DNA of 64,000 nucleotides from Eledone cirrhosa (taxonomy: Eukaryota). The translations under genes were made by a program, and so were the position numbers. The notes below the pieces were generated by a model that was given only the letters and a program-made list of their open reading frames with translations, searched no databases and was not told the DNA's origin. The number at the start of each line of letters is the position of its first letter. The stretch's first letter is position 1. This document shows, piece by piece, positions 1 through 12,298 of the stretch. The stretch is from assembly GCA_964016885.1 (NCBI GenBank), contig OZ024743.1:63798001-63862000 (forward strand). The letters are read 5' to 3'.

Positions 1-14
1 AGTGTGCAGTATTA

Positions 15-517
15 TGTTAGGTGACGAAGTTGGGTCTTCTGTATTTCTTTGTGACACCAGAGGTCATAATCGTGTGTCATCGCCTTTGAGAGGTGCAATT
101 GGGTATGGTTGGCTTTTATCACCTCATCCCAGGTCTTCTTTGGTCTCCCCTCTCCATGGCTTCCATTGACTTCTAGTGCTCTGCACCTTTTTATGTAGCT
201 GTCATACGCATCACATGTCCATACCAACGCTACCGCTTCTCCTGCACACAGCATTTGATTCCTCTTAGGTTCAGTCTCTCTCTCAAATCGTTTATGCTTT
301 GCCGTTTGCGTATATTACTATTACACATCCGTCGGAACATGCAAGCTTTGTTTCTTTCTAATCTATGCAAGTCTTCTACACACAGCGTCCAGGGCTCACT
401 ACCATGTAACATTGCTGTTTGTATACACGCATCATACTGTCTGCCTTTCATTTTGAAGGAAAAGCTTTCTGCCACTGCTAGCTGCAAAAGGCTTTTCCCT
501 CAAAATGAAAGGCAAAA
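15..517 (-). mobile_element. RTE-clade LINE fragment (RT C-terminal region), degenerate
   Basis: ORFs 230..487 and 12..254 translate to KMKGRQYDACIQTAMLHGSE..RLERN..GRPKKTWDEVIK, the same region as the intact RTE ORF at 62184..63809. Confidence 0.9.
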
Positions 518-670
518 GGTTAGGAAGGGCATCCAGCTGTAAAAATCAAGCCAAAATCAGTTCCCGTATGAATAAGACAAGGTCATCCGACCTGGCAGTG
601 CCCACAACAGGACAACCCGTCTAACCCAGGCTAGCGTGGAAGAATAGACATAAAACGGTTATGATTATGA
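518..670 (+). mobile_element. RTE/SINE 3' tail fragment
   Basis: gttaggaagggcatccagctgta...ctagcgtggaag...atgattatga matches the reverse complement of the RTE 3' UTR at 61881-62050. Confidence 0.8.
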
Positions 671-899
671 TATATATATATGTATATATATGTATATGTG
701 TGTATATATAGTTATACTTGGGGAGGGTCATATTTGTGTAATATTGTCAGAATTAATAACAGAACACACTCACTGTTTGGTTGGTTTTCACTTCTGTGTC
801 TTTTATATGGATTAATTTAATTTATTCAGTCCTCAATGTTCCCATTGACTGACCAACAGTCAAAAATACAGATACAATATAGACACAAACACATATATA

Positions 900-951
900 T
901 AGTCTATCAAAGTTCTTTCGCTGCACATCTGCAACATCATCAGTGGTGCTA
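900..951 (-). ncRNA. Decayed type I hammerhead ribozyme in Penelope 3' pseudo-LTR
   Basis: Minus strand reads tagcacca-CTGATGA-t-gttgca(gatg)tgcagc-GAAA-gaactt-tgatagacta. Core and stem II are intact; stems I and III carry mismatches. Confidence 0.6.
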
Positions 952-1016
952 TTGTTTCCTCCCGTTGCATTGTATGTCTACGCCATCTTTATTTAGTCTG
1001 TTTATATATTTATTTC

Positions 1017-1358
1017 ATCATCATCATCATCATCATCGTTTAACGTCCATGTTCCACGCTTGCATGGGTTTGGACGGGAGTTTTCCCACTTGAGGCAAGA
1101 GTGGTTGTCTTGTTCGCATAGGACTGTCTGGTGGGTTTTCTACAGCTGGATGCCCTTCCTAACACCAACCACATTTACAGTGTGGGACTGGGAGGTTTTT
1201 ACCGTGTTGCCTACACGGCCACATTACAGCGTGGACTGTGTGTTTTTTTGTCGTGACACCTACACGATCTCATTTGTTTCGGGCTGGATGTTGTGGCACT
1301 AACGTAACTTTACGTTGAAAGGGGCGGTGTGGTGTGACGGGGGCGTATTTTGTTAGAG
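1017..1358 (-). mobile_element. RTE 3' UTR with (GAT)n tail
   Basis: Near-identical to 32096-32560 and reverse complement of 38270-38622; ends in (cat)n on + strand. Confidence 0.9.
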
Positions 1359-1359
1359 A

Positions 1360-3446
1360 ATCTGTATTTTTTGTTATTGCTTGTTAAATACGAGGATCTT
1401 ATTCAAACCTTACCTTCTCGCTCACAACTCAACACCCATCCCTCCCACCCCCACGCACCACCATTATTATTACGTGGACCAATCATAAGCCAGAGGCCTA
1501 TACTATCGCTTACCTGGTTGCCTTTCGATATGATGGATGGATGGACTACGGAATTCTGGAGAGTGGAAGAGAGAAAAATCTGGACGCTCAGCGACAATGC
1601 CAAAGATAAAGACAAATTCACCTCGAGGACGAGAATGCGAGCATTCCTCTTTGTTTCGGCCGCAGATGGCTAACATAACCCCATCTCCCCCGCTCCCCAC
1701 CGCTCCCACCCTCCAAACGCAATCCAAAACTTCAGAGTTGGTACCATGAATGTAGGCACCTTAAAGGGTCGCTCTAACGAGGTTGTAGAAATGCTCGAAC
1801 GTAAGGAGGTCGATGTTTGTTGTATTCAAGAGACCAGGTGGAGGGGTGGGTCTGCTAGATTCATTGAGGATAAAAAACGATGCTATAAGCTTTTCTGGGT
1901 GGGAAATGACGATGGGCTGGGTGGAGTAGGAATCATGGTAGCAGAAAAGTGGGCAGATAAGATAATAGACGTAAATAGAGTGAACGACAGAATAATTAAA
2001 ATAAGACTTGTCCTCAATAGAACTACGGTGACAGTAATATCTGCGTCCGCACCCCAATCCGGACTGCCCGGCACTATAAAAGACAGATTCTATGAGACAC
2101 TGATGCTCACTACCTCCCAAATAACCGACAGTGACTATATAATTATTGCAGGCGACCTAAATGGTCACGTTGGACAACATCGTGACGGCTACGACGAAAT
2201 CCATGGAGGCTATGGGTTTGGTACTAGAAATGAGGAAGGCTCCAGAATCCTGGAATTCTGTGACGCAAATAACCTAACTATCTGTAACACTAACTTCAAA
2301 AAACGTGACAATCACCTGATCACCTATAGATCGGGGGAATACACAAGCCAGGTAGATTATATCCTTACCAGAAGACGTGACAGAGTGTCTGTTGTAAACA
2401 CTAAATCCCTCCCCCATGAAGAATGCACCTCCCAACATAGACTGATAATTAGCGACCTAATTGTCAGGACAAGACGTACTAGACAACAGAAGAGGACTAT
2501 CCTCAGGAGAAAAATATGGAAGCTAAAGGACCCCACAGCCAGAAATAAATTTAAAAGCATACTACTTGATGCTTTCGACAGTAAGGAAGAGCAATTAGAG
2601 TCGTACAATATAGAGGAGCAGTGGGAATTCCTGAAAGCAAACCTGCTGATGGCGGCAGACGAAGTCTGTGGCTGGAGCAGGCCTGTAGGCAGGAGGAGAG
2701 TAACATGATGGTGGAACAGTAAGGTGGAGGAGTCAATTAAGGCCAAAAAGCAGGCTTGGAAAGTATGGTGGGATGGGGGAAGTAGAGAAGACTATCAAGT
2801 GGCCAGGAGGGAAGCTAGGAGACAAGTGTACTTCGCAAGAACAACGCGAGGACCAAAAACGTGAGGTGTTCAGGATTGCTAGGCAATGTGTCAAGGAAAA
2901 CCGTGATATTGTCGGGGAGAAGTGTGTACTTAATGATGATGGCGTACTTGCCATCACCGACGCTGATAAGAAGGTAGCTTGGAAGTGTCGCTATGAAAGG
3001 CTACTAAATGAGGAGAATAAATGGGAGAAAGACAGTCTCCCCCACATCGACCCAATAGAGGGACCAGCAGTGTTAGTCGAGCGTAGTATAATAAGTAAGG
3101 CAATCAAGGATATGAAGACGGGTAAGGCAGCTGGGCCTTCGGAAATAGTTGCTGAGATGCTGAAGGCATCTGGCACGGTGGGAGACACACTATGGTCACC
3201 CGGATAGTTAACCAAGTCGTACAGAATGGGGTTGTTCCGAAGGACTGGCGTAGCAGCATCATCGTTAACTGTTATAAGGGTAAAGGAGATGCCCTAGATA
3301 GGAGTAACTATAGAGGCATTAAATTAATCGACCAGGTCATGAAGGTCACGGAAAAAGTAATAGTGCAACTAATCAGAGAGAGAATTGACCTCGATGAAAT
3401 GCAGTTCGGGTTTGTGTCAGGCAAAAGTACCACAGACGGCAACATG
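1360..3446 (+). mobile_element. RTE LINE 5' half (5' UTR, APE endonuclease, start of RT), with stop/frameshifts
   Basis: ORF 1746..2708 has APE motifs MNVGTL, CIQETRW, AGDLNGHVG, QVDYIL, SQHRL. Following ORFs have KAAGPSEI and NYRGIKL..QFGF. Truncated at 3446. Confidence 0.92.
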
Positions 3447-3680
3447 AGGTGAATTTGTCTTTATCTTTGGCATTGTCGCTGAGCGTCCAGATTTTTCTCC
3501 CTTCAACTCTCCAGAATTCCATAGTCCATCCATCATATCGAAAGAAAACCAGGTAAGCGATAGTATAGGCCTCTGACTTATGATTGGTCCACGTAATAAT
3601 GGTGGTGCGTGGTGGCGGTAGGGAGGGATGTTAGGTAGTTAGCGAGAAGGTAAGGTTATAAATAAGATCCCCGTATTTTA
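3446..3680 (-). mobile_element. Inverted copy of RTE 5' UTR
   Basis: Diverged reverse complement of ~1385-1625. Confidence 0.85.
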
Positions 3681-3995
3681 GGCATAATTTAGTCTTCTTT
3701 GCGTTTGCGTGTGTGTATAGTGTTTTGTTTGATGTGTGTTCGTGTTTGGGTGACTGTATTGGTTAATGTATTCTATCTTTACTAGTGTGTGTTTATATGT
3801 GTTTGTTGTTATTGTGCTTGTGTATGTATTTATTTATTTATCTATTTATTTATTTATACTTCTCTTAGGTCAGTATTGTTTGTTTCGGTGTTGTTGTTAT
3901 TCCATTCATTTTTTCTGTTTAGCCTTGGCCTTCTAAGTTCTATTTCACTGGCCTCTTTGCTGGGTCATTTCTATGTTTAGATATTATTCTAATTT

Positions 3996-6260
3996 CTATG
4001 TTGTCTGTGTTACCGTCGTGTTGTTGTCTGGCATGTTCGTATAGTTCTGAACCATTTTTCGTCCTTTTAGTTCCCCCCAGTGTTGGTCTATCCTTTCACC
4101 TATGCTACGAGCTGTCTCACCTATGTATGTTGTTGTCATGTTTCTGCAAGTACCGTCTGTACATCTCATGCTATAGACTACATTTCTAGTTTTACAGTTT
4201 ATCCGGGGGTTTACTTTACATATGATACATTTCCTATTAGTACAGTGGGTTTTCTTAAAAGGGTAGGTTTTGCTGATCAGGGATTTTATGGTGGTTCCTG
4301 GCTTTTCTACCACCTTAATCTTTAAGTGGGTCTTTCTCAGGGCCTTTCTACACTGGTTAGCTAATTTCCCTCCAGGGGTAGCGTCCACAAACATAACACT
4401 CTGGTATCTCTGGTTGTCGTACCATGAGGTGGCCTTCCCTATCTTATGTCTAGCCCTATCTAAGCTATTCCATGATTTGCTCCTGTATAACGGGCAAATT
4501 CCTTTCATGTCCAGTTCTATGAGGGTCTTATACTTCTCCGTGGCTCCTTCGTATACTCTGATTCTGTCTCTTTGGTTGTAGCCAGAGAACTGCATGCGGT
4601 TGATGAAGTGTTGGATGTGTCTTTCCATTTCTGTTGGGTCGCACATGCGGGACACGTTCTTCATCACTCGTACCAAGTCTGCGATCAGAATATTAAACTT
4701 AGCACTACTGGACATTGCTGAGTTTTTGAGTATCATGTATTTGGAGGCCATGGGTTTAGCATAGTGTGAGTGGAGAATTGGGCTCTCTCGTCTATAGTGT
4801 TAATCCAGAGTTCCGTGTCTAATACAGGTAGTCTATTGTTAGGGTGTTTGGAAGAGTAGTCGATAGTTACAGTTATACTCTGGTGTATGAAATTAGCTAT
4901 CTGCTGGATGCTTTCCATTGTGCTACGTTCAAAATCAAACTTGTTAGTGCTCTCTTGTGGGGATGTTCTTATTACTATATTGATATCGTCTACGTAACGA
5001 GAGTACATGATGAGGTCTATGGAGCTCTCATCAAGGAGATCTTTAAGTCTCCTTTCCCACCATACCATAAAAAGGTTGGCAACGTCACCAGCTATGCTGA
5101 CGCCAATGGCTGCTCCCTCATTTTGGGTGTAGATCTTCTCGTTGAACTTGAATATGTGGCCCTTTAGGGTAGTTTTGATACTAGCTCCTATTGCATGTGC
5201 GACCATTTTTCTTACCTGATCATTGTTTTGGGGGGTCCGTATAGCTTTGGTCTACCCAATCCACCTTCCCATGGAAGTTTTTTTAGACATTGAGGTTATG
5301 GTGGAGGGGTCTACCTCTTATGGGTCTACTGGGGCAGAAACGTCTAAGGTCATGGCTGTCTAGGTAGTCAGTGTCGTAGGTAAGTCTAAGTAGGAGGCCC
5401 AGTTCGTCTGTGTCGACGTCGCAGAACTCCACCTCACTCTCAATGATCATCTCCACACATTTTTCCACAGCAAAATCAATGTTAATGGATGGGTACAGTG
5501 ATACCACATCCATGTTGCCTATTATGCAGTTGGATAGGTTCCTGTTTTTGTTGCACTCACTGATTCTGCTGAGGAGGTCCTCTGTACTGTCACATACATC
5601 TGGGGACATCTTGTTTATGGGGCGTATAACCATTGAGAGGAAGTAGGAGATCCTATAGTTGCTAGCTATATTTGCTTCGCATACGGGTCTTGTTGGTGGT
5701 CCTGTCGTCGACTGTCTTGTGGTCTTTGCGGAGTCCATACAAGGGTGGTATGCCATTGTTAGATGCCTGGAAGTTGTTGGCAGTGCGTCTGCTTGGCTTC
5801 AGGATGTCGGTCCACATCATCATGTGAGTGTTGAGGATTTTCTCTCTCTCATCATGTATTTGCTGTGCAATTTCGCTCGTGTTGGTGATATGGGGTTGCA
5901 TAGCCTTGATGTAGTTTGGCATGCTGTCTATTGACATCCTACCAGACTTATCCGTGGGTAGACATACTACCTCACCATCCCTTGTGCGCTGCTTGAGGCT
6001 AACCAAGCCTTCTACAGGTTTCCTCCCAAGTTGTTGGACCTCTGGACTGCTCTGTCTCTTAGTATACCGGTCTACTATTTGTCTAATCTTATTTCTAGCT
6101 ATGGTGAACTGTGCCTCTGTCTCGTCATCTATTTATTGTGGTATGCAAACTCTTCTATTAAAGGGTAACCTCGTAGGATAGATATTACCCATCGTATATG
6201 TTTTACCAGCTGGGTTGAAGAATAGTTTCTCTAAGGGGTTGTCATTATATCTATTGTCAT
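3996..6260 (-). pseudogene. Penelope-like RT/GIY-YIG polyprotein, frameshifted
   Basis: RT motifs DVVSLYPSI, GAAIG, RYVDDI, LPVLD; CxxxxCxxC linker; GIY-YIG motif VVY..YIGET..R. Confidence 0.88.
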
Positions 6261-6670
6261 AGTTGTGTGTGTTGCTATTATTGTTATTATGGTGGTTGTT
6301 GTTGTTCCTATCATTCGCATTATTATTATTGTTATGATTGCTAGATGTATTGTTGCTGTGATTGTTAGATGTATTGTTGTTATGATTGCTAGATGTATTG
6401 TTGCTGTGATTGTTAGATGTATTGTTGTTGTTTTCTCCACCGTTATTGTTGTTACTGTTATTTCTACCATTGTAGTTGTTACTTTTATTATGTTTCTTGT
6501 TTTTGTTGTGTCTATCATTAACGTTGCTACATGTATTATTTCTATTATTACCACTGTGGTTGTTGTTATTCGTATTGTTACCGTTATTACTACTGTGGTC
6601 GCTGCTGCTGTGTCTGTAGTTAATGTTTCTATTATTATTATTATTGTTTCTATTATTATTATTATTGTGA
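6240..6670. repeat. (TTG/TTA)n low-complexity tract, Asn-rich segment of the Penelope ORF; continues at 8779-8970
   Basis: Trinucleotide repeats; minus-strand ORFs 6133..6714 and 8717..9169 are poly-Asn on both sides of the Tx1 insert. Confidence 0.85.
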
Positions 6671-6807
6671 AAGAGTTTGCATACCACAACAAATAGATGA
6701 CGAGACAGAGGCACAGTTCACCATAGCTAGAAATAAGATTAGACAAATAGTAGACCGGTATACCAAGAGACAGAGCAGACCAGAGGTCCAACAACTTGGG
6801 AGGAAAC

Positions 6808-8778
6808 AACCTCCACCTCATGCGATACATCGTAGAGAGGGTAGCTAGGGAACCTGGCACGGGTGGGTCCTTGATCAATTTAGATCAGTCGAAAGCTTTC
6901 GATAGGGTCGACCATCGTTACCTAGCGGCAGTCCTGATGGCGGCTGGCTTTGGGCCCGTCTTCAGAGGCTGGATCACTGCCATGCACAGCGACATCTGCT
7001 CTGTGGTGAGAGTGAACGGTCACCTTTCAGAACCGTTCAACATCATGCGCTCGGTCCGCCAAGGATGTCCCCTCTCGTCCCTCTTGTACGTATTGACTCT
7101 CGAGCCATTACTGCACAAACTGGAGACATTGAGGGGGCGTCCCGCGCGAACTATGATGCGGAAGATCCATGTCAGCATATGCGGATGATGTCACCATAGT
7201 GGTGTCGAACGCCAAACACATCGAGGCGATCGGCACTACACTCAGAGAATACGAAGCAGTGACAAGAGCAATGATCAACCAGGAAAAGTCAGTGGGCCTG
7301 CAGCTCGGCACCTGGAGAGGCAGGTCCATGCCGTCCAACAGCGTCGTCGGGCGCTGGACCGACGGACCGGTTAAATTGCTAGGGGTCTGGTTCGGTCCGG
7401 ACCTCCAGACGGACAAAACTGGGATGAGGTGACGAGCAGGGTGGCTTCTCTCACCCAGAAATAAGTGGAGAGGAAGCTATCCCTGAAAGGTCGAGCGGAG
7501 GTGGCTAACGTGTACATCGCGTCCGTCATCTGCTACCGCCTGACCGTCGTACCTTGTCCTAAGCCCCGCCTGACTGCGCTGGAGCATTTGCTCTTTCGCT
7601 TTTTGGGGAAGGGATGCGCTCCGATGGTCAGGCGGTCCATCTATTGTCAACACCCGCTACGTGGAGGGCTGGGCATGCCGTGGCTGATGATGCGTAGACA
7701 CGTGCTCAGGCTACGACATCTCCACCTCTTCCTCGACGGTGCTCAGGTGTGGTCACCGTTTGCTAGATGCATCTTTCCCCAGCTCGTTTCCTTGACGGAG
7801 CTGCAGTCCTGGGTCAAGCGAAGACCGAGAGGGAGCGCTTGGAGACTGGAATGTCTTCAGGCGCTCACAGCCCTCGACCAATCGGGCAATGTGATCGGTG
7901 GAAACTCCACCTCGGCGTTCTATAGAGGATTAGTGGCGGGGAAGAGCGACGACGTACTTGGGGAAACTTTAGGCCTCGACGAAAATCAACTAGCCAATCT
8001 CTTCGGAAGAACTTTCGGGCTGGGGCCTATGGACAACTTCCAGAAATCCCTGGCCTGGCAGTGCTACCGAGGAGCCTTGCCAGTTCGGGATAAACTCTAC
8101 AGGCATGGAGGTGCCGTTAGCCGGGCATGTCCGAGATGCGCGAAGGGCGACGAAACCGTCCTGCACGCACTCGTCCAGTGTCCGAGAATTGCTGACTTGT
8201 GGGTTTATGTCGAACACCTGCTGTCGCGTGTAGGACGGATCTGGCTATCAGCTGAGTCCATCGTGAGGATTCCCCCGCCCTCTTCCTTTAGCCGGGAAGG
8301 GCAGGCAGTTTTTATCTGTCTGGTGGCCATGGCGAAAGAGATAGTGTGGTGGACACGTTTGAAAGGGCTGAAGACAAGCACATACCTCTTCGGTGATGCC
8401 CTGATTGACTTTTTCAAATTTCATTTGAAAAGGAAAATCAGGGTAGAGAGGGAAGTGCTCTCTTCCCAGCATTTTGTTGAAAGATGGATGAGAGAAGCAA
8501 GTATGGGCCTACTCTGAGTATGTGTCTGTAAATTAAAGGTGGAAAACTGGGAGAGGGCTCTTGCCCTGGTGGTCAGGATCACTGTGGCCTTTTAATGGGC
8601 TTTCTCCACAAATGTCCCTCCGAAGTCTCCCCCCTATTAGGGAATTTTTCATTGTTATTTTATTACATCCTCTGTTTTTGTTTTTTACATGCAGAAATGC
8701 CCATTTATACCGTCCTCTATTGTCCTGTACTGTCATTAATGTCTACTTTATGTAAACCTTTGTGGTTAATAAAGAAAG
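6808..8778 (+). mobile_element. 5'-truncated L1/Tx1-clade LINE (RT + C-terminal CCHC zinc knuckle)
   Basis: LDQSKAFDRVDH, SVRQGCPLS, AYADDVT, LLGVWF, GGLGMP, CPRC..ETVLHALVQCP; aataaa near 8768 before the flanking ATT repeat. Confidence 0.9.
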
Positions 8779-9939
8779 TATTATTATTGTGGTTGTTGTT
8801 GTTCTGTCTATCGTTAATATTATTACCATTATTACTATTTCTCACTCTCCTGCTATTGTTATTGTTATGACTATTACTATTATAGTTGTTATTTCTATAC
8901 TCAGAGTTATTGTTTATATTACTACTACCGTTATTATTGTTGTTGTTGTCCATATAGTTGTTGTTGTTGTTTACTTTTGCATTCCAACGTATTTTTTTGA
9001 AACACTTTTCCAGCTGTGTTTTGCACTCAATAGGGTGAATCTTTTTGTAGATAGCAAATTTTGATGGTAGCTGCAGGATTTGTTGTTCTTGTTCACTGAT
9101 TAAAGTGTTCCCATAAATATTTACTGTGTGGTCATTGGTAAATTCTTCCGGTAGTTCTACATCAGTCATATGGATATTGTTGATGTTATCTGGGTATTTT
9201 TGTGAATATTCTAATTTTCTTTCTTCTAGTTTTTTTCTTATTCATCCATTCTAATTTCTTATTGAAATGCCTATTGCATTCGTTTCGGGCGTATTTCGTT
9301 TCACGTCGAATGACGCTCATGAAGTCATCCCTCTCGTTTGGTGTGGTGAGATTTCGGACTTCCTGACCGTTAATGCGTTTCTGTCTGTAAAGTTCGTTAA
9401 CTTTTGTATATGTTGTTCTTTTCATATTAACTGTTATTGTGGGTTTTAGTCGTTCAGCTTGTGTTTTCTTCAATAATAAATTATTTACTTGTTTTGATAT
9501 GTTTGTTGTGTATATTTTGGAGGAAACACAGTGTTTTAAGAAGCGGATTTGTTCTGTTATTGTAGTTTTTATATAACAGAAAACAGTGTCTTTCAATAAC
9601 CTTTCAGCTTGGCACAAGCTAATGCCATAGCGGCGATGAATTAGTTTTGCGAGGTTTTTGATATGAAATCGTGTGTCGAAACAAATATTGTTATACTTGG
9701 GGAGGGTCATATTTGTGTAACCAAACAGTGAGTGTGTTCTGTTATTAATATTGCCAGAATTAATAACAGAACACACTCACTGTTTGGTTGGTTTTCGCTT
9801 TTCGCTTCTGTGTCTTTTATATAGTGAGTGTGTTCTGTTATTAATTCAATACACAAATATAACCCTCCCCAAGTATAACAATATCTGTTTCGACACACGA
9901 TTTCATATAAAAAACCTCGCAAAACTAATTCATCGCCGT

Positions 9940-10005
<66 letters not shown>

Positions 10006-10074
10006 TATACATATATATACATACATACACATATATACGTACATACATACACATATATACGTACATAAAAAAAT

Positions 10075-10283
10075 GGCACTACAGCGCTATTAGCTGTCAG
10101 TCGAAGCAGCCGATGAAAGCAAAACATCGTTTATTTCCGTATTACTACCACGCGTAAGTGGAGTTACTTAAATGAACATTTTTTTTCTTCACGCGTTTTT
10201 TATTTTTTTTTTATTAAAGCATATAGATTAAGTGGAGTTACTTAAATGAAAATATAGGTGGCCCTTAAAAGGTCCAAATTAGA
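10075..10283 (+). mobile_element. Partial MITE with GGCACTAC terminus
   Basis: Reverse-complement match to 46681-46891. Confidence 0.7.
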
Positions 10284-10322
10284 ATATACCGCTGCGTTTT
10301 TACAGTTTTACTAGTTACACAT

Positions 10323-10360
<38 letters not shown>

Positions 10361-10361
<1 letters not shown>

Positions 10362-10437
10362 CGGTGTCCCCTCCAAAATATATACAAACTTTGATTACTT
10401 TGTTGTTGAAGTGTGTATACATTTTTGGGGACACTGT
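10361..10437. mobile_element. Tiny Tc1/mariner-like palindromic MITE
   Basis: cggtgtccc..aaaatatatacaaacttt / aagtgtgtatacatttttggggacactg inverted repeat within TA tracts; related piece at 46892-46978. Confidence 0.55.
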
Positions 10438-10820
10438 GTTTGTATATATATATATATATATATATATTGGGGGAAGGGAGAAATTTTGGGATGCTATACC
10501 TGACATAATAAAAAACCAAAATACACCCCTAACATTTGTCGGAATATCAATCACGAGAGTAGATAAATAAATATATAAATACATAAATAAGAAATGATAG
10601 AAAAGGAAAAGAAAATCCCTACATTATGTAATATTCCCAGTCACCCCTAAATTTTCCCTAAATTTCAAAACCGGGAGTGAAAAGTCCGAGGGTTAAAATC
10701 CCAAATGATGGTACCTCAAATACTAGTGTATCCCTTCGCATTACAGTTTAAAGCAATACATATGATCGCTTTGATGACTCTTATTTGTTTCTAAGGGTCT
10801 CGTTTTTTTCTCTTCTTTCT

Positions 10821-10883
<63 letters not shown>

Positions 10884-11199
10884 GTCAAAATCTTTCCCTC
10901 TGTCTATCTCTTTCCCTCTCTGTCTAGCTTTTGCCATAAAAACGATAATGATAATCAATTCAATTAAGAAATATATATATATTATTAGTATTATTATTAA
11001 AATTAAATACCATTTATTCTGCGGCAGAGAGCTTCATCTCCATCATTCGCTCTTCCAGAATCGTAGTACTGGTCGTTATTGTATGTGTGTGTGTTTCTGC
11101 GTGTATATATATATATATGGTGTGTTTGTGTGTATATGTATATATGTTTGCGTTCGCCCTTCGTGAGGGGAATGCTGTGTACGTATTCACATATTTAGA

Positions 11200-11305
11200 G
11201 GTAATATCACGTGAACACAATCACGTGACAAATCACATTATTCTTTCAAAAGGAAAAGTTTGGCGCCATTTTTCTTTCAAAGGGAAATGTTTAGCGCCAA
11301 AATTC
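11200..11305. promoter_or_regulatory. Putative Pol II promoter: 2 E-boxes and 2 E2F/CHR-like modules
   Basis: TCACGTGA at 11207 and 11221. Duplicated ttctttcaaa..TTTGGCGCCA (11241-11268) and ttctttcaaa..TTTAGCGCCA (11272-11299). Non-repetitive context; candidate donor gtacgt at ~11388. Confidence 0.55.
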
Positions 11306-11774
11306 TCTTAGTGTTGTCTGAAGCTGAGGAACCGGGGTTATTCCATTTCTGTCAACAACTTACTGGCGAAAAGATCTCTTTGGATTTGTACGTGTGTTAT
11401 ATAGTTATAGAGGTATTTATTTACGCTTTAATTTATATTTTTAATTATCGTGTCTATAGTCTGCCTTTCATAGGTTATAGATTCCATACACTGGTGTTTT
11501 TTTCCCTGTTTTATTGATAGCGCACTGTATATATCTCTCTAGTGTGTTACCTTTTCAACATATTGTATTTTAAAGAGCTCAGGATTTCTTCTCCTTTGAG
11601 CACATTATTTACAGGGAATGGCGAGGGTCTATGGCTCCGTTAATTTATCGTGATATTTCGCTCCTTATAACAGTCTTTCCTATCCTTCTGTTTGGTTGAG
11701 CACACTTCTCTGAGTGGTTTTGGGCTGCCCTTTCTAGCAGCTCGTCCCTCAGAGGCCACTGGGTCACTGCACAT

Positions 11775-12298
11775 CGTCCTTATTAAAGCAGTGGTTAGCT
11801 TTGTTGACCCCATGACAAGCTTCTCTAGTTTTCCAAGATCATCTGTATCATCCTTATTAAAGCAATGGTTAGCTTTACGGACCCCATGACAAGCTTCTCT
11901 AGTTTTCCAAGATCAGCTGTATCATCCTTATTAAAGCAATGGTTAGCTTTACGGACCCCATGACAAGCTTCTCTAATTTTCCCAGATCATTTGTATCATC
12001 CTTATTAAAGCAGTGGTTAGATTTTACATACCCCATGACAAGCTTCTCTAGTTTTCCCAGATAATTTGTATCATCCTTATTAAAGCAGTGGTTAGACTTT
12101 ACGGACCCTATGACAAGCTTCTCTAGTTTTCCCAGATCATTTGTATCATCCTTATTAAAGCAGTGGTTAGACTTTACGGACCCCCATGACACGCTTCTCT
12201 AGTTTTCCCAGATCATTTGTATCATCCTTATTAAAGCAGTGGTTAGACTTTACGGACCCCATGACAAGCTTCTCTTGTTTTTCCAGATCATTTGTATC
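11775..12298. repeat. Minisatellite, ~74-75 bp unit, ~7 copies
   Basis: Unit tccttattaaagcagtggttagactttacggaccccatgacaagcttctctagttttcccagatcatttgtatca. Confidence 0.92.

Larger units (their letters stand above)
711..9940 (-). mobile_element. Penelope-like element (RT + C-terminal GIY-YIG), near full length, fragmented and carrying nested LINE insertions
   Basis: Minus-strand fragments in order: MTLPKYN start (9710), 8717-9169, LPTDKSG (5662-6006), GNMDVVSLYPSI (5283-5756), GAAIG..YSRYVDDI (4733-5206), VVYSMRC..YIGETARSIGER (3996-4751). 711-808 is a direct repeat of 9690-9822 (pseudo-LTR). Confidence 0.85.

Noticed and set aside
1746-2708. 320-aa ORF that could be annotated as a host 'craniofacial development protein 2-like' gene
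   Set aside because: It is the APE endonuclease of an RTE LINE, contiguous with RT sequence and repeated at 35228.
11775-12298. CRISPR-like appearance
   Set aside because: Pure tandem repeat with no unique spacers, no cas genes and a eukaryotic context.
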